Notes: generated by a model from the sequence alone, not told the origin. A stretch of 64,000 nt of DNA from an uncultured Pirellulaceae bacterium (GCA_938084685.1 CALKGE010000003.1:99898-163897), one strand, 5' to 3'. Shown: positions 1 through 10,108, counted from the first letter of the stretch. Numbers and translations are program-made.

Positions 1-1724
1 AGCGATACAAGGTGCCTCGCCTGGCATTCATTAACAAGATGGACCGAACGGGTGCCGAACCTCACCGCGTTTGTGCAGAAATCGGTGAAAAACTTGGTGA
101 TTCACCAATTCTGATGCAGTTACCGATGGGCGCAGGTGAGGATTTTGAGGGTGTAATTGACCTGATCACAATGAAGGCTTTCTATTTTGACGGAGCCAAT
201 GGTGAAACCGTTCGTGAAGAAGAGATTCCTGCAGAATTTCTGGAAGAAGCTCAGAGCTACCGTGCCGAGATGATGGAAAGTATCTCGATGGGCAGCGAAG
301 AGATGATGGAGCTGGTTCTTGAGGGTGAAGAGCCCAGTGAAGAGATGATTCACAAGACGCTGCGTTCGATTGTTCTGAACCGCGAAGCTACTCCGGTATT
401 CATGGGATCAGCTTTCAAGAACAAAGGAGTGCAGCCGTTGCTGGATGCGGTAAACCGCTATCTACCATCTCCACTTGATCGTACCATCGAAGCCAACAAA
501 GCTGGTGATGAAAACGAGAAGCTGAAACTGGAGCCGGATCCGTCCAAGCCATTTGTTGGGATGGCCTTCAAGATTGTTGAAGATCCATTCGGCCAGTTGA
601 CGTTTACTCGTATTTACCAAGGGACGATTCGCAAGGGTGAAACATACATCAATCAGCGAACCGGGCGGAAAGACCGTTTTTCTCGTATTGTTCGTATGCA
701 CTCGGAGAAGCGTGAAGAAATCGACGAAGCGATAGCCGGCGATATCGTGGCGGTAATGGGGATCGATTGTGCCAGTGGTGATACTTATTGCGACGAGCAG
801 AAATATTGCACATTGGAGAATATCTTTGTGGCAGACCCTGTTATCACGATGGCAGTCAACGTGCCCAATCGAAGTGATGCAGACAAGTTGGGTAAAGCTC
901 TACAACGATTCCGCAAGGAAGACCCGACCTTCCAGGTCAGTACGGACGAAGAGACGAATGAAGTGCTGATTGCTGGTATGGGCGAACTTCATCTGGAAGT
1001 TTACATCGAGCGTATTCGACGTGAATATGGCGTTGAAGTGGAAGTAGGAGCACCCAAGGTTAGTTACCGTGAAGCTCCTACGGTGGCCAAAGAGTTCAAC
1101 TACAAACACAAGAAACAAACCGGGGGTTCCGGCCAGTTCGCTCACATCGTTGGTTCGCTTGAACCGATGGACGTGGATGGCGAAGAGACCTTTGAGTTTG
1201 AAGAAAACGTCGTTGGTGGACGTATTCCCAAGCAGTATATCCCGTCAGTAGAAAAAGGATTTCGGGAAGCGTGTAACCGCGGGCCTTTGGCTCGTTACCC
1301 GGTAGTGGGTGTGAAAGTTGTTTTGGACGACGGTTCGTATCACGAAGTGGACAGTTCTGATAAGGCATTCCAGACTGCAGCGGGTGGCTGTTTCCGAGAG
1401 ACTTTTGTTCAGGCCAAGCCAGCGATTCTGGAGCCCATGATGAAGATGGAAGTCGAAGTTCCGGAAGATTTTCAGGGGGCAGTGGTCGGTGATTTGATCA
1501 GCCGTCGTGGTCTGGTTAATAACACGGAAGCACGTGAAGGAGTTTCCACGATTTTGGCAGAAGTACCACTGGTGGAGACGTTTGGTTATGCAACCGATTT
1601 ACGCTCGATGACCAAAGGCCAGGGTACCTTCTCTATGGAACTTTCGAAATACATGAAAGTTCCTGCCCTTGTTCAGCAGGAGATTATCAAAACTCGTGCT
1701 GAAGAATGGGCCAACCGCAAGTAA
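1..1724 (+). CDS. fusA: Elongation factor G family GTPase, N-terminus cut off by the window edge
   Basis: Track ORF 12..1724. The translation starts mid-protein at the G4 motif (FINKMDRTGA) and runs through EF-G domains II-V (GELHLEVYIERIRREYGVEV, HEVDSSDKAFQ, GYATDLRSMTKGQGTFSME). The frame is open to the left edge. A terminator follows rather than tuf, so this could be a fusA paralog. Confidence 0.9.
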   Translation, partial: RYKVPRLAFINKMDRTGAEPHRVCAEIGEKLGDSPILMQLPMGAGEDFEGVIDLITMKAFYFDGANGETVREEEIPAEFLEEAQSYRAEMMESISMGSEEMMELVLEGEEPSEEMIHKTLRSIVLNREATPVFMGSAFKNKGVQPLLDAVNRYLPSPLDRTIEANKAGDENEKLKLEPDPSKPFVGMAFKIVEDPFGQLTFTRIYQGTIRKGETYINQRTGRKDRFSRIVRMHSEKREEIDEAIAGDIVAVMGIDCASGDTYCDEQKYCTLENIFVADPVITMAVNVPNRSDADKLGKALQRFRKEDPTFQVSTDEETNEVLIAGMGELHLEVYIERIRREYGVEVEVGAPKVSYREAPTVAKEFNYKHKKQTGGSGQFAHIVGSLEPMDVDGEETFEFEENVVGGRIPKQYIPSVEKGFREACNRGPLARYPVVGVKVVLDDGSYHEVDSSDKAFQTAAGGCFRETFVQAKPAILEPMMKMEVEVPEDFQGAVVGDLISRRGLVNNTEAREGVSTILAEVPLVETFGYATDLRSMTKGQGTFSMELSKYMKVPALVQQEIIKTRAEEWANRK

Positions 1725-1759
1725 GCCAATGGCTTGCTTGCATTCCGGTGTCAAAAGTG

Positions 1760-1793
1760 AACTCCGCTGTACGTTATACAGCGGAGTTTTTTT
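1760..1793 (+). terminator. Rho-independent terminator after the EF-G gene
   Basis: Perfect inverted repeat aactccgctgta / tacagcggagtt with a short loop, followed by a run of 7 T. Confidence 0.75.
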
Positions 1794-1871
1794 ATGCCAT
1801 ATACTTTTATGCCATATACCAGGCCAGGTGAAATCGTTTCCTGGCTGTGATGTTTGTGAAGTTGTGATTAG

Positions 1872-3155
1872 TCAGACATGAAAGATTGTCTCAACGTTTC
1901 CTCGCAGTAAGCGTTTTCCGAATGCTATAGCACGTTGTTCACTCCATTGACGGTCAATCACATAACGTTCGGCCAGCACTTTTGCCAGAATGCGTTTGTA
2001 CATGGCAAATTTTGGTAAGGCGAATTCCAGTTTGTACATATCGCTGTAATAGCCAATTTGTTTTGATTGCGGTACGGCTTCGAGTCTGGCTGCCGTGTCA
2101 TGTTCGATAAACGTTGGTGTGTTACTGTACCACCAGTGCCCGTTGGTAACGACATTGGGGAAGATCCACGAATAGCTGGCTAATTCCTGATTGGTAACAC
2201 TGGCCAGCACTGAGACGGGGAAGTTCACAGCTGGAAAGGCGTTAAACAGATCGGCATATTGGATCAGCGAAACACGGCTGTCGTACAGGTCCATTCCCTG
2301 AAAGACTCCTCCCGGGTAAACCGAGCGATTGACTCCGATCATCAGATCAAAGGGAAGTTTGAATTCGTCACACAGTTCGGCGAGTTTCCAGAATACCCAG
2401 CGAGCCATCGTTTCTTTGTGCTCAGCGTCTGCCTGTTCACCGTGAGTTTGCAGGTTTTCGAGAGCACGCTCGGCCTCGTTAAAATCGACTTCGATTGGAA
2501 CAAACCAGGGCGGCAGTGAAATGGCACACGCTTTGGCGTTGGCACGGGTAAAGTGCGTAAACAGATGCTCGAGAGCCTGCGTTAACGTACCGAGCGATTC
2601 GAGTCCGATGTTTGTACAGATTTCGAGTCGTTCGCGGACGGCAGGTTTGGCCAGATGAAATACCAGGTCGTCTGTTCGTAGACAGGGGATATAGACAGAC
2701 GTGTCAAATCCTTCGAGCGGGTCATCAAAGTCGTTGGTCAAGAAGACCGCTTCCAGCCCGGACTGATTCAGTACTTGTTGAGCCCAGTCTGGTTGGTCCA
2801 TTTTTTCCTGAGCGGCATCAAAGATTGTTTCCCAATTAGATCCGTCGATGATTTCACCTTCAAATCCAAAGAACTTTTGACACATTTCGACGAGCCAGCT
2901 GTATTGAATTGTGTTTTGAATTGGCTCCAGGTTGTTGAGCAACAAACGAACTTTTTCTCGGGGTGTGATTTCTGGAGCTTCGATCTGTTGGCGAGATAAT
3001 CCCGCGGAATGAGCGAGTTCCGTGTAGTAGTGGTAACCAAGGATTTCGGATAAATCTTTGGAGGCAGGGCTGAGGGCATCAATGTGAGTATGGGGATCGA
3101 TCAGTACGAGACTGTCGAGTTCTTCAAAAAGTCTGTTGCGGAGGTCCGATGACAT
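1872..3155 (-). CDS. Uronate (glucuronate) isomerase-like amidohydrolase-fold protein
   Basis: 427-aa ORF. It has an N-terminal metal-ligand-like DPHTH motif followed by ILGYHYYTELA, then TNDFDDP, ISLPPWF and GHWWY..NTP blocks. These resemble the short UxaC-like isomerases of the amidohydrolase superfamily. Recognised from memory, not searched. Confidence 0.6.
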   Translation of the reverse strand: MSSDLRNRLFEELDSLVLIDPHTHIDALSPASKDLSEILGYHYYTELAHSAGLSRQQIEAPEITPREKVRLLLNNLEPIQNTIQYSWLVEMCQKFFGFEGEIIDGSNWETIFDAAQEKMDQPDWAQQVLNQSGLEAVFLTNDFDDPLEGFDTSVYIPCLRTDDLVFHLAKPAVRERLEICTNIGLESLGTLTQALEHLFTHFTRANAKACAISLPPWFVPIEVDFNEAERALENLQTHGEQADAEHKETMARWVFWKLAELCDEFKLPFDLMIGVNRSVYPGGVFQGMDLYDSRVSLIQYADLFNAFPAVNFPVSVLASVTNQELASYSWIFPNVVTNGHWWYSNTPTFIEHDTAARLEAVPQSKQIGYYSDMYKLEFALPKFAMYKRILAKVLAERYVIDRQWSEQRAIAFGKRLLRGNVETIFHV

Positions 3156-3331
3156 TAGTTTTCAATCCTCTGTGTAGTAGTAAGCCCTCAGTTTCAATCA
3201 GGACGTAATGTCAATGTACCTCAGGAGAGGATGTCAGGTAAGTCTAGCAAATCGAGCCTGGGTTCATTTGGATTCAATTTCACGGGACGTTAAAATAAAG
3301 GCTTTCCGTGAGACAATAATTCCCTATTTGG

Positions 3332-6300
3332 ATGCTTGGTGGAATGTTAGAAAAAGTATCAGTCATAGTTGTCGCAGCAGTCGTCTGGTTGAGTCTGATG
3401 GTTGTTCCAGTGCTTGGACAGCAATCGCAGACTCCGGAGACAGAAAAGATTGCGAAGATAGATTTCGCCGGACAGATTCAACCGATTTTACGCGCCAGTT
3501 GTTATTCGTGTCATGGAAGTGATGCTCAGGAAGGTGGTTTACGGCTGGACAACCGGGCGCGTGCTCTGGCTGGCGGTGATAATGGGAAAGTAATCGTTCC
3601 TGGGGATGTAAAAGCAGGGTCGCTGCTTACATTACTTCGAGGCGAGAATGAAGATTTAGGAAGGATGCCTCCGGAAGGAGAGGGGACTCCACTGACGGCG
3701 GAGCAGATTTCTTTGTTTGAAGCATGGATTGCTCAGGGAGCACCCTGGCCTGATTCGGCAGATGTCGCGATCACTTCAGAACATTGGTCCTTTCAGCTGC
3801 TACAGCGTCCTGACTTACCGTCAGTCAAGGCGGAGCAATGGGTCAGGAATCCGATTGATCAATTTGTGCTGGCTCGGCTGGAAAGCGAAGGGATCAGTCC
3901 GTCCGGTCGTGCCAGTCGTAGTACGCTGATTCGCCGAGTCTATCTCGACCTGTTGGGGTTACTTCCGTCAGCGGCAGAAGTGGAAGAGTTTTTGAATGAT
4001 CAGCGGACAGATGCGTATCAGCAGATGGTTAATCGAGCGTTGAAGTCACCTCATTATGGAGAACGTTGGGGGCGTCATTGGCTGGATTTAGCTCGTTATG
4101 CGGACAGTGACGGGTATGAAAAGGACCGTGCCCGGCCGCATGCCTGGCGTTATCGTGACTGGGTAATCAACTCGTTGAATGCCGACTTGCCATTTGATCA
4201 GTTTACGGTGGCTCAGCTTGCCGGAGACATGCTTCCCGAGGCAAAAGTTGCAGACCGTGTGGCAAGTGGATTTCACCGAAACACGCTCCACAATACCGAA
4301 GGTGGGACTGATCAGGAAGAAGATCGGGTGAAGAAGACGGTGGATCGAACCAATACATTTGGCACGGTCTGGTTGGGATTGACGATTGGTTGCGCTCAGT
4401 GTCACAGTCACAAGTACGATCCGATCAGTCATCAGGAGTACTATCAGCTTTATTCCTTTTTCAACAGCATGAACGAGCAGGATATTGCTGCTCCGACCAT
4501 CGCCCAGGAGGCGGTTTATAACGAGCAATTGGCAGCATTTTCAGCAGAGCATGAGAAGCTGGTTGCAGCGCGGCAGAAGTATGAAGCGGAGCAATTGCCG
4601 GGCGCACTTGCCAAGTGGCTGGAGGTTGATGCGAAGGTTGTCTATCAGTGGCGACCACTGGATGGAGCGACGATCAGCGGACGTCATAAGTCGACTTTTA
4701 AGAATCTCGACGATGGTTCTGTCCTCGTAGAAGGAGAGAATGTCCGGTCTGATATTTACACGTTGGAAGCAAGTGTAGAGGCGTTAAGCGGTATTCGCCT
4801 GGAAGTATTGCCGGATGACAGTTTGCCGATGAAAGGTCCTGGTCGAGCTGCCAATGGAAACTTTGTGCTGACCAACGTACAGGTTTTAGTCCGGCAGGCG
4901 GGTACGGAAAATGAATTCGCTCCGGTTCCGATCAGTCGCGCCATCGCTGATTTCTCTCAGAATAACTGGGAAGTCGCCAAAGCGCACAACGACAATGGCG
5001 AAGATGGATGGGCCGTTTCTCCGGAGATCGGCAAGCGTCACGTGGCGGTATTCCAACTGGACAAAGTGGTTACATTTGAAGGTGGAGTAGAACTGAAGAT
5101 TGTTCTCGATCAGAAATACGAAACTGGGGAGACTCACAATATCGGTCGGTTTCGGCTAACCTATGCCGATTTCAATGGGGTACTGGCCCTGGAGGGAACT
5201 CCGGCTGAGATACTGGAAGCGATTGCAGCTGAGGCGCGGAATGACGAGCAAAACAGGTTGTTGCTGGATTACTACAAGCAGGTGGACGAGCAATATAAGA
5301 AGTTTGTGCAGGCCGAAAAGGAGCATGACAGCAAGCGACCAGCCATGCCGGGTACCAAGGCTCAGAGTGTGGTGGAGTTAGCCAGTCCTCGCCAGACCCA
5401 TACGCACTTACGAGGAAATTTTTTGACCAAGGGTGAAGAGGTTGCCACGCAAGGGTTGAGTGTTTTGCCTGAAGTAACGGCGCACGGAGACCGTTTAACT
5501 CGGTTGGATCTAGCCAAATGGACGGTGTCAGATGAAAATCCACTGGTTGCCAGAGTTACCGTCAATCGCATCTGGCAGCGATATTTTGGCCGTGGACTAG
5601 TCGCGACGAGTGACGACTTTGGTACCAAAGGATCAGAACCGACTCATCCGGAGTTGCTCGATTGGTTGGCATTTGAATTTCGAGCCAATGGTTGGAGTCT
5701 CAAGGAACTTCATCGTTTGATTCTCAATAGTGCTGTATATCAACAGCTGTCTTCTCACCGTGCGGAACTAGCAGAAATCGATCCGGACAACGAGTTGTTG
5801 GCTCGGCAACATCGCGCTCGGGTTGAGGCAGAGATCATTCGGGATTTGGCTTTAGAGGCGAGTGGATTAATGGTGGATAAAATTGGTGGCCCCAGTGTCC
5901 GACCTCCTCAGCCTTCGGAATATTCTTCACTGACCTATGCCAATAGTGCGAAGTGGCAGACGAGTGAAGGGGGGGATCGTTATCGCCGCGGGTTATATAC
6001 GTTTTTTCAGCGGACCAGTCCTTATCCAATGCTGATGACGTTTGATGCTCCGGATTCCAACTCGTGCATTGCCCGTCGTTCGCGAAGTAATACTCCCTTG
6101 CAGGCGCTGACTTTATGGAATGATGTTGTCTTCACCGAATGTGCTCAGAATCTTGGGCGCCGCCTCGTGCGGGAAGTGGGGAAAACCGGTGGTCAGGACG
6201 AAGCTGTTCGACAACGAATTTATCATGCATTTTTGATGTGTTTATCGCGGCGTCCGACCAGATCTGAAATGGACGCGGTGTCAGTTTTCTATCAGCGGCA

Positions 6301-6451
6301 GTTGGAGAAAATGCGAGGCGATGAAAATGCAGCGAAAGAGGTTTTAGGTGGTGCTCCGATGCCGGAAGAGGCAGATTTGGCAGAGACGGCGTCGTGGGTG
6401 GCTGTCGCTCGGGTATTGCTAAACACGGACGAATTTATCACCAAAGAATAA
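3332..6451 (+). CDS. Planctomycete PSCyt1 (cytochrome-c-like) / DUF1549 / DUF1553 multidomain secreted protein
   Basis: 1039-aa ORF with an N-terminal hydrophobic signal. It has a CxxCH heme motif (CYSCHG), a DUF1549-type block (RRVYLDLLGLLPS) and CAQCHSHKYDPISHQEYY. The C-terminal DUF1553-type block ends ...LLNTDEFITKE. The start could be a few codons downstream (MLEKVSV). Confidence 0.85.
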   Translation: MLGGMLEKVSVIVVAAVVWLSLMVVPVLGQQSQTPETEKIAKIDFAGQIQPILRASCYSCHGSDAQEGGLRLDNRARALAGGDNGKVIVPGDVKAGSLLTLLRGENEDLGRMPPEGEGTPLTAEQISLFEAWIAQGAPWPDSADVAITSEHWSFQLLQRPDLPSVKAEQWVRNPIDQFVLARLESEGISPSGRASRSTLIRRVYLDLLGLLPSAAEVEEFLNDQRTDAYQQMVNRALKSPHYGERWGRHWLDLARYADSDGYEKDRARPHAWRYRDWVINSLNADLPFDQFTVAQLAGDMLPEAKVADRVASGFHRNTLHNTEGGTDQEEDRVKKTVDRTNTFGTVWLGLTIGCAQCHSHKYDPISHQEYYQLYSFFNSMNEQDIAAPTIAQEAVYNEQLAAFSAEHEKLVAARQKYEAEQLPGALAKWLEVDAKVVYQWRPLDGATISGRHKSTFKNLDDGSVLVEGENVRSDIYTLEASVEALSGIRLEVLPDDSLPMKGPGRAANGNFVLTNVQVLVRQAGTENEFAPVPISRAIADFSQNNWEVAKAHNDNGEDGWAVSPEIGKRHVAVFQLDKVVTFEGGVELKIVLDQKYETGETHNIGRFRLTYADFNGVLALEGTPAEILEAIAAEARNDEQNRLLLDYYKQVDEQYKKFVQAEKEHDSKRPAMPGTKAQSVVELASPRQTHTHLRGNFLTKGEEVATQGLSVLPEVTAHGDRLTRLDLAKWTVSDENPLVARVTVNRIWQRYFGRGLVATSDDFGTKGSEPTHPELLDWLAFEFRANGWSLKELHRLILNSAVYQQLSSHRAELAEIDPDNELLARQHRARVEAEIIRDLALEASGLMVDKIGGPSVRPPQPSEYSSLTYANSAKWQTSEGGDRYRRGLYTFFQRTSPYPMLMTFDAPDSNSCIARRSRSNTPLQALTLWNDVVFTECAQNLGRRLVREVGKTGGQDEAVRQRIYHAFLMCLSRRPTRSEMDAVSVFYQRQLEKMRGDENAAKEVLGGAPMPEEADLAETASWVAVARVLLNTDEFITKE

Positions 6452-6484
6452 GCAGATCATCAGAGACGATTGCTGATAGGAAAA

Positions 6485-7960
6485 ATGATGGATATTAACA
6501 ACCAACTGAGACAACAGAGTCGTCGTGACTTTTTTACATCGACGGCCAGTGGGCTAGGTGGCTTGGCGTTGGCATCTCTGTTGCAGGGAGATGGAGTGCT
6601 TCAGGCCGACGACGCGAATCCGCTGGCGCCGAAGTTCGGACATTTCGCTCCGAAAGCAAAGCGTTGTATTTTTGTCTTTTTGGCGGGAGCCCCCAGCCAC
6701 GTGGATCTGTATGATCCCAAGCCTGTCTTGCAGGAGCGTCATGGGGAGGGTTTGCCCAAGGAGTTGACCGAAAAAGTCCGGTTTGCTTTTATCAAGAAGG
6801 AAAGTGCGATCCTGATGGGGAGTGACCGAACGTTTCGTCCCTACGGTGAATGTGGTATGGAGTTATCGGATGTGTTGCCTCACATTGGTTCGTGTGCGGA
6901 TGACATCGCTCTGGTACGTTCAATGCATACTGATGCATTCAATCATCATCCGGCTCAATTGATGATGACCACAGGAGTTCCCCGGTTCGGGCGTCCGAGT
7001 TTGGGTTCCTGGTTGACCTACGGGCTGGGGTGTGAGACCAATGACCTTCCGGCTTATGTTGTATTGTCAGCTGGACGGGGAAGTTCAGGTGGTGTTTCGA
7101 ACTGGACGAGTGGTTTTTTACCCTCCACCTACGAAGGTGTTGTATTTCGGAGCGACGGGGAGCCTGTGCTGAACCTGAATACTCCTGGTGGATACTCGCG
7201 TGAAATGCAAAGGGATTCCCTGGATTTAATAAATGCTTTGAATCGCATTCGACTTCAAGAGCAGCAGGACACTGAGATAGCCAGTCGTATCAATTCTTAC
7301 GAGCTGGCATTCCGCATGCAGCAGGCGGCTCCCGAATTGATCGACATCAGTGCTGAAACTCAGGAGACACTGGATCTTTATGGTGTGGGTCGTAAGGAGC
7401 CTGAAAAGACGAATTTCCGAGGGGGCGGCGCCAATGTCTATGGTCAGTTTTCCAGAAACTGTCTGCTGGCTCGTCGCTTGCTGGAGCGAGGGGTTCGATT
7501 TGTTACGCTGATGCATGCGTCGTGGGACCATCATAGTAATCTGAGCGCAGAGATTGCCTATAATGCCGGGATGCTGGATCAGCCAGTAGCTGGCTTGTTG
7601 AAGGATCTTAAGCGTCGGGGGATGCTGGACGACACGTTAGTGATTTGTGCTGGCGAGTTTGGTCGAACTCCGCTTGGGGAAAACCGAGGTGGAAATAAGC
7701 AGAATACCGGCCGGGATCATCACCCGTATGGTTACAGTCTATGGATGGCCGGCGGTGGAATTAAGGGGGGGCAGGTCGTCGGGAAGACAGACGACATTGG
7801 CTGGGCCCCAGTCGAGGACGCGGTTCACGTAAATGATTTCCATGCGACGATCCTGCAATTATTTGGATTCGATCACCACCGATTGGTACATCAGTTTAAG
7901 GGACTCAATGTTCGTCTCACCGACCAGGGAGGCAAGATTGTGGAAAAGTTGATTTCCTAG
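6485..7960 (+). CDS. DUF1501 family (sulfatase/phosphatase-fold) protein with Tat-type signal
   Basis: The track ORF starts at TTG 6470; ATG 6485 (MMDINNQLRQQSRRDFF...) is the more plausible start. It has a twin-arginine motif (SRRDFF), a C-terminal GEFGRTP...GRDHHP block, and the classic position directly downstream of a DUF1549/DUF1553 gene. Confidence 0.85.
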   Translation: MMDINNQLRQQSRRDFFTSTASGLGGLALASLLQGDGVLQADDANPLAPKFGHFAPKAKRCIFVFLAGAPSHVDLYDPKPVLQERHGEGLPKELTEKVRFAFIKKESAILMGSDRTFRPYGECGMELSDVLPHIGSCADDIALVRSMHTDAFNHHPAQLMMTTGVPRFGRPSLGSWLTYGLGCETNDLPAYVVLSAGRGSSGGVSNWTSGFLPSTYEGVVFRSDGEPVLNLNTPGGYSREMQRDSLDLINALNRIRLQEQQDTEIASRINSYELAFRMQQAAPELIDISAETQETLDLYGVGRKEPEKTNFRGGGANVYGQFSRNCLLARRLLERGVRFVTLMHASWDHHSNLSAEIAYNAGMLDQPVAGLLKDLKRRGMLDDTLVICAGEFGRTPLGENRGGNKQNTGRDHHPYGYSLWMAGGGIKGGQVVGKTDDIGWAPVEDAVHVNDFHATILQLFGFDHHRLVHQFKGLNVRLTDQGGKIVEKLIS

Positions 7961-8664
7961 GTAGTCAGTGGCGGAGTGGATTGGTGAAACGCTTGCACGA
8001 TTTCATTGGCGAGTGTTTCGCTGTCGTCATGTTGTATCCACCAGCTTTGCATTCTCGCACGGCGGATGACTCCCTTTTCCAGCGGCAGGTTTAACAGGCA
8101 GTGTTCCCAGGTGGTAGTCTGGTCGTCGAGTCGGATGGAAGTGGTCGTGTGGTCGGTGGGATGTACCACTTCGAGATAGGTGAGCGTCGGAGTTAGTTGT
8201 ACCAGCAGGGCATGACTACATTCACCTCCGTCCGTCTTTTTCCACTGTTGCGAGTCACGGAGAGTATATACCGGGAGAGGAGATGCGATGGATGTGGAAG
8301 TTCGAATCGGACAGCGGCAATCGAGTTGATCGGTTTGCAGCGAGACGATTATTTCGATGCCGACAGCATTTTCACGATGGGACGTTCGCCAGTAGAGTTG
8401 AGGCGTGGCATTGCGTTGTTCTGTGGACTGATATTGAACGATCAAGTCGTTTCCTCGCTGGTATGCCTCCTGGATTGATTCTTCGCCAAGACGCATATCA
8501 AGACCCATATCAAGTCCCATATGGAGTTGAACAAAGGAGCTATGAGCCAGGGAATGCTGATACGCGGTAGTATTCAGTAATCCCTTTTGAGGTTGAGTAA
8601 GTTCGAGTTCGCAATGCAGGTTGCTTAGGTCGAGTGAAGCATGAGAGGATTCGATGAGCCACAT
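7957..8664 (-). CDS. Hypothetical protein
   Basis: 235-aa ORF with no recognisable motif. It is convergent with the DUF1501 gene and overlaps its stop by 4 nt. It contains a short MGLDMGLDM repeat. Confidence 0.5.
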   Translation of the reverse strand: MWLIESSHASLDLSNLHCELELTQPQKGLLNTTAYQHSLAHSSFVQLHMGLDMGLDMRLGEESIQEAYQRGNDLIVQYQSTEQRNATPQLYWRTSHRENAVGIEIIVSLQTDQLDCRCPIRTSTSIASPLPVYTLRDSQQWKKTDGGECSHALLVQLTPTLTYLEVVHPTDHTTTSIRLDDQTTTWEHCLLNLPLEKGVIRRARMQSWWIQHDDSETLANEIVQAFHQSTPPLTT

Positions 8665-8810
8665 GGATGATGCCGAGGGTGAATGTCGTGTTTTCTTCTG
8701 GTTTGCAGAAATGAATTATGTTTGAAACACGAAGGGCTAGCAAGGACCGAGTCGCGATGTCCTGCTGAGTAGGTGAAAGATGCTGCAGGCATTGAGGAGG
8801 CATAAAATAA

Positions 8811-8844
8811 CCCCGCCGAATGCAAAGCATTTCGGCGGGGCCGG
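8811..8844 (-). terminator. Orphan intrinsic-terminator-like hairpin (minus-strand sense) inside a ~520-bp intergenic region
   Basis: Read on the minus strand: CCCCGCCGAA(A)UGC-UUU-GCAUUCGGCGGGG followed by UUAUUUUAU. It lies about 140 nt upstream of the start of the 7957..8664 gene. Confidence 0.5.
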
Positions 8845-9186
8845 AACAGAGAAGAGGCCACTTGTTAACGCGACTTACCATGGATTTCATAAAGCATGAA
8901 TGGGGAATTCCATAACTGCCAAAGACAGTCTCGCGTAACAAAGGAATCTAATTTGATAATAACAAGTGAGACTCCAATGTCCAGTTTTAAGTTGAAAAAC
9001 TGCAAGAATGTAGGCAGAGAAAATTGTTGGAATCTGTTGCAACCTGGGATTGGTGAGTTAGCGAAGTGCTGTCATAGGTCTGTCAAATTTGATGAGGTAT
9101 ATTGGACATTTGGGTACCAGTTCCCAGTTTGCCATCGACGCAGACATTTTTTTCATGATCGAGGATTTAGAAGTTAAGGTTATTTG

Positions 9187-10002
9187 ATGAAATTGGAAGA
9201 TTTAGCTACGGCGGCAGCCAGAGAGGCTGGTCAATTGTTGGCGAAAATGCAGGATTCCATTAATCCGCGTGAAAAAGCTCCCAAAGATCTGGTGACGGAA
9301 GCAGATGTGGCCTCGCAAAAGCGGATTTTGGAGATCATTTCTGAAAACCGTCCGGACGACTTCTTTTTAGGTGAAGAAGATCTGACTTCTGAAGTGGATT
9401 TGCCAGGATTGGATCAAACCGTTGATTCGACCGTGGATTTGGCTGATTTGGAGTACTGTTGGGTGATTGATCCACTGGACGGAACGGCTAACTATGTGCA
9501 TAAACTGCAGACGTACAGTGTTTCGATTGCGCTGTTGAACTATGGCGAGCCTATTGTGGCTGCCGTATATGATCCCGTCCTGAATGATTGTTACAGTGCC
9601 ACGCGCGGAGAAGGAGCTCGGGTGAACGGACTCCCTATGCAGCACAGTGGCGTGGACGAATTACAACGTTCCCTGATCGCGGCCAGTTTTTCCGCTGGAG
9701 TGGAACGGGGTTCACCGGAAGTAGATCGTTGGGTAGAGATGTTATACGAATGTCAGGCATTACGACGACTGGGATCCGCAGCCTTAAATCTGTGTTATGT
9801 GGCCCAGGGAGGACTGGATGGTTACTGGGCGACGAGTGTCAAAATCTGGGACATTGCCGCGGGAGTTTTGATAGTTAGAGAAGCTGGGGGAACTATAACG
9901 TCTATTGATGGTGGCCCTTTGAAAATTGATGAGGCAAAGTTTATTGCGGCGGCGACTGAAAAGCTGCATAAACAGATGTTTGACGTACTTAACCGAGTCT
10001 AA
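9187..10002 (+). CDS. suhB: Inositol monophosphatase family protein (SuhB-like)
   Basis: The track ORF starts at TTG 9184, with ATG at 9187. IMPase signatures are present: FFLGEED, WVIDPLDGTANYV, and WDIAAG near the C-terminus. Confidence 0.85.
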   Translation: MKLEDLATAAAREAGQLLAKMQDSINPREKAPKDLVTEADVASQKRILEIISENRPDDFFLGEEDLTSEVDLPGLDQTVDSTVDLADLEYCWVIDPLDGTANYVHKLQTYSVSIALLNYGEPIVAAVYDPVLNDCYSATRGEGARVNGLPMQHSGVDELQRSLIAASFSAGVERGSPEVDRWVEMLYECQALRRLGSAALNLCYVAQGGLDGYWATSVKIWDIAAGVLIVREAGGTITSIDGGPLKIDEAKFIAAATEKLHKQMFDVLNRV

Positions 10003-10061
10003 ACTTGGGTCCGATTCAGTTATTTCTCATTGCTAACCCGCTCTTACGATTTAAAATATAG

Positions 10062-10090
10062 AGACCTGCCATGGCGGGTCTTTTCTTTTA
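10062..10090 (+). terminator. Probable intrinsic terminator after the suhB-like gene
   Basis: Hairpin gacctgcc/ggcgggtc (one G-U pair) followed by ttttctttt. Confidence 0.55.
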
Positions 10091-10108
10091 CAATTTTCGG
10101 GTTGGCAA

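Noticed and set aside
8540-9177. Track ORFs 8540..8941 (-), 8625..8861 (-) and 8896..9177 (+) in the suhB upstream intergenic region
   Set aside because: Their composition is Cys/His/Arg-rich or otherwise odd. They run through a terminator hairpin or an AT-rich promoter-like sequence, and none has a ribosome-binding context that I could see.
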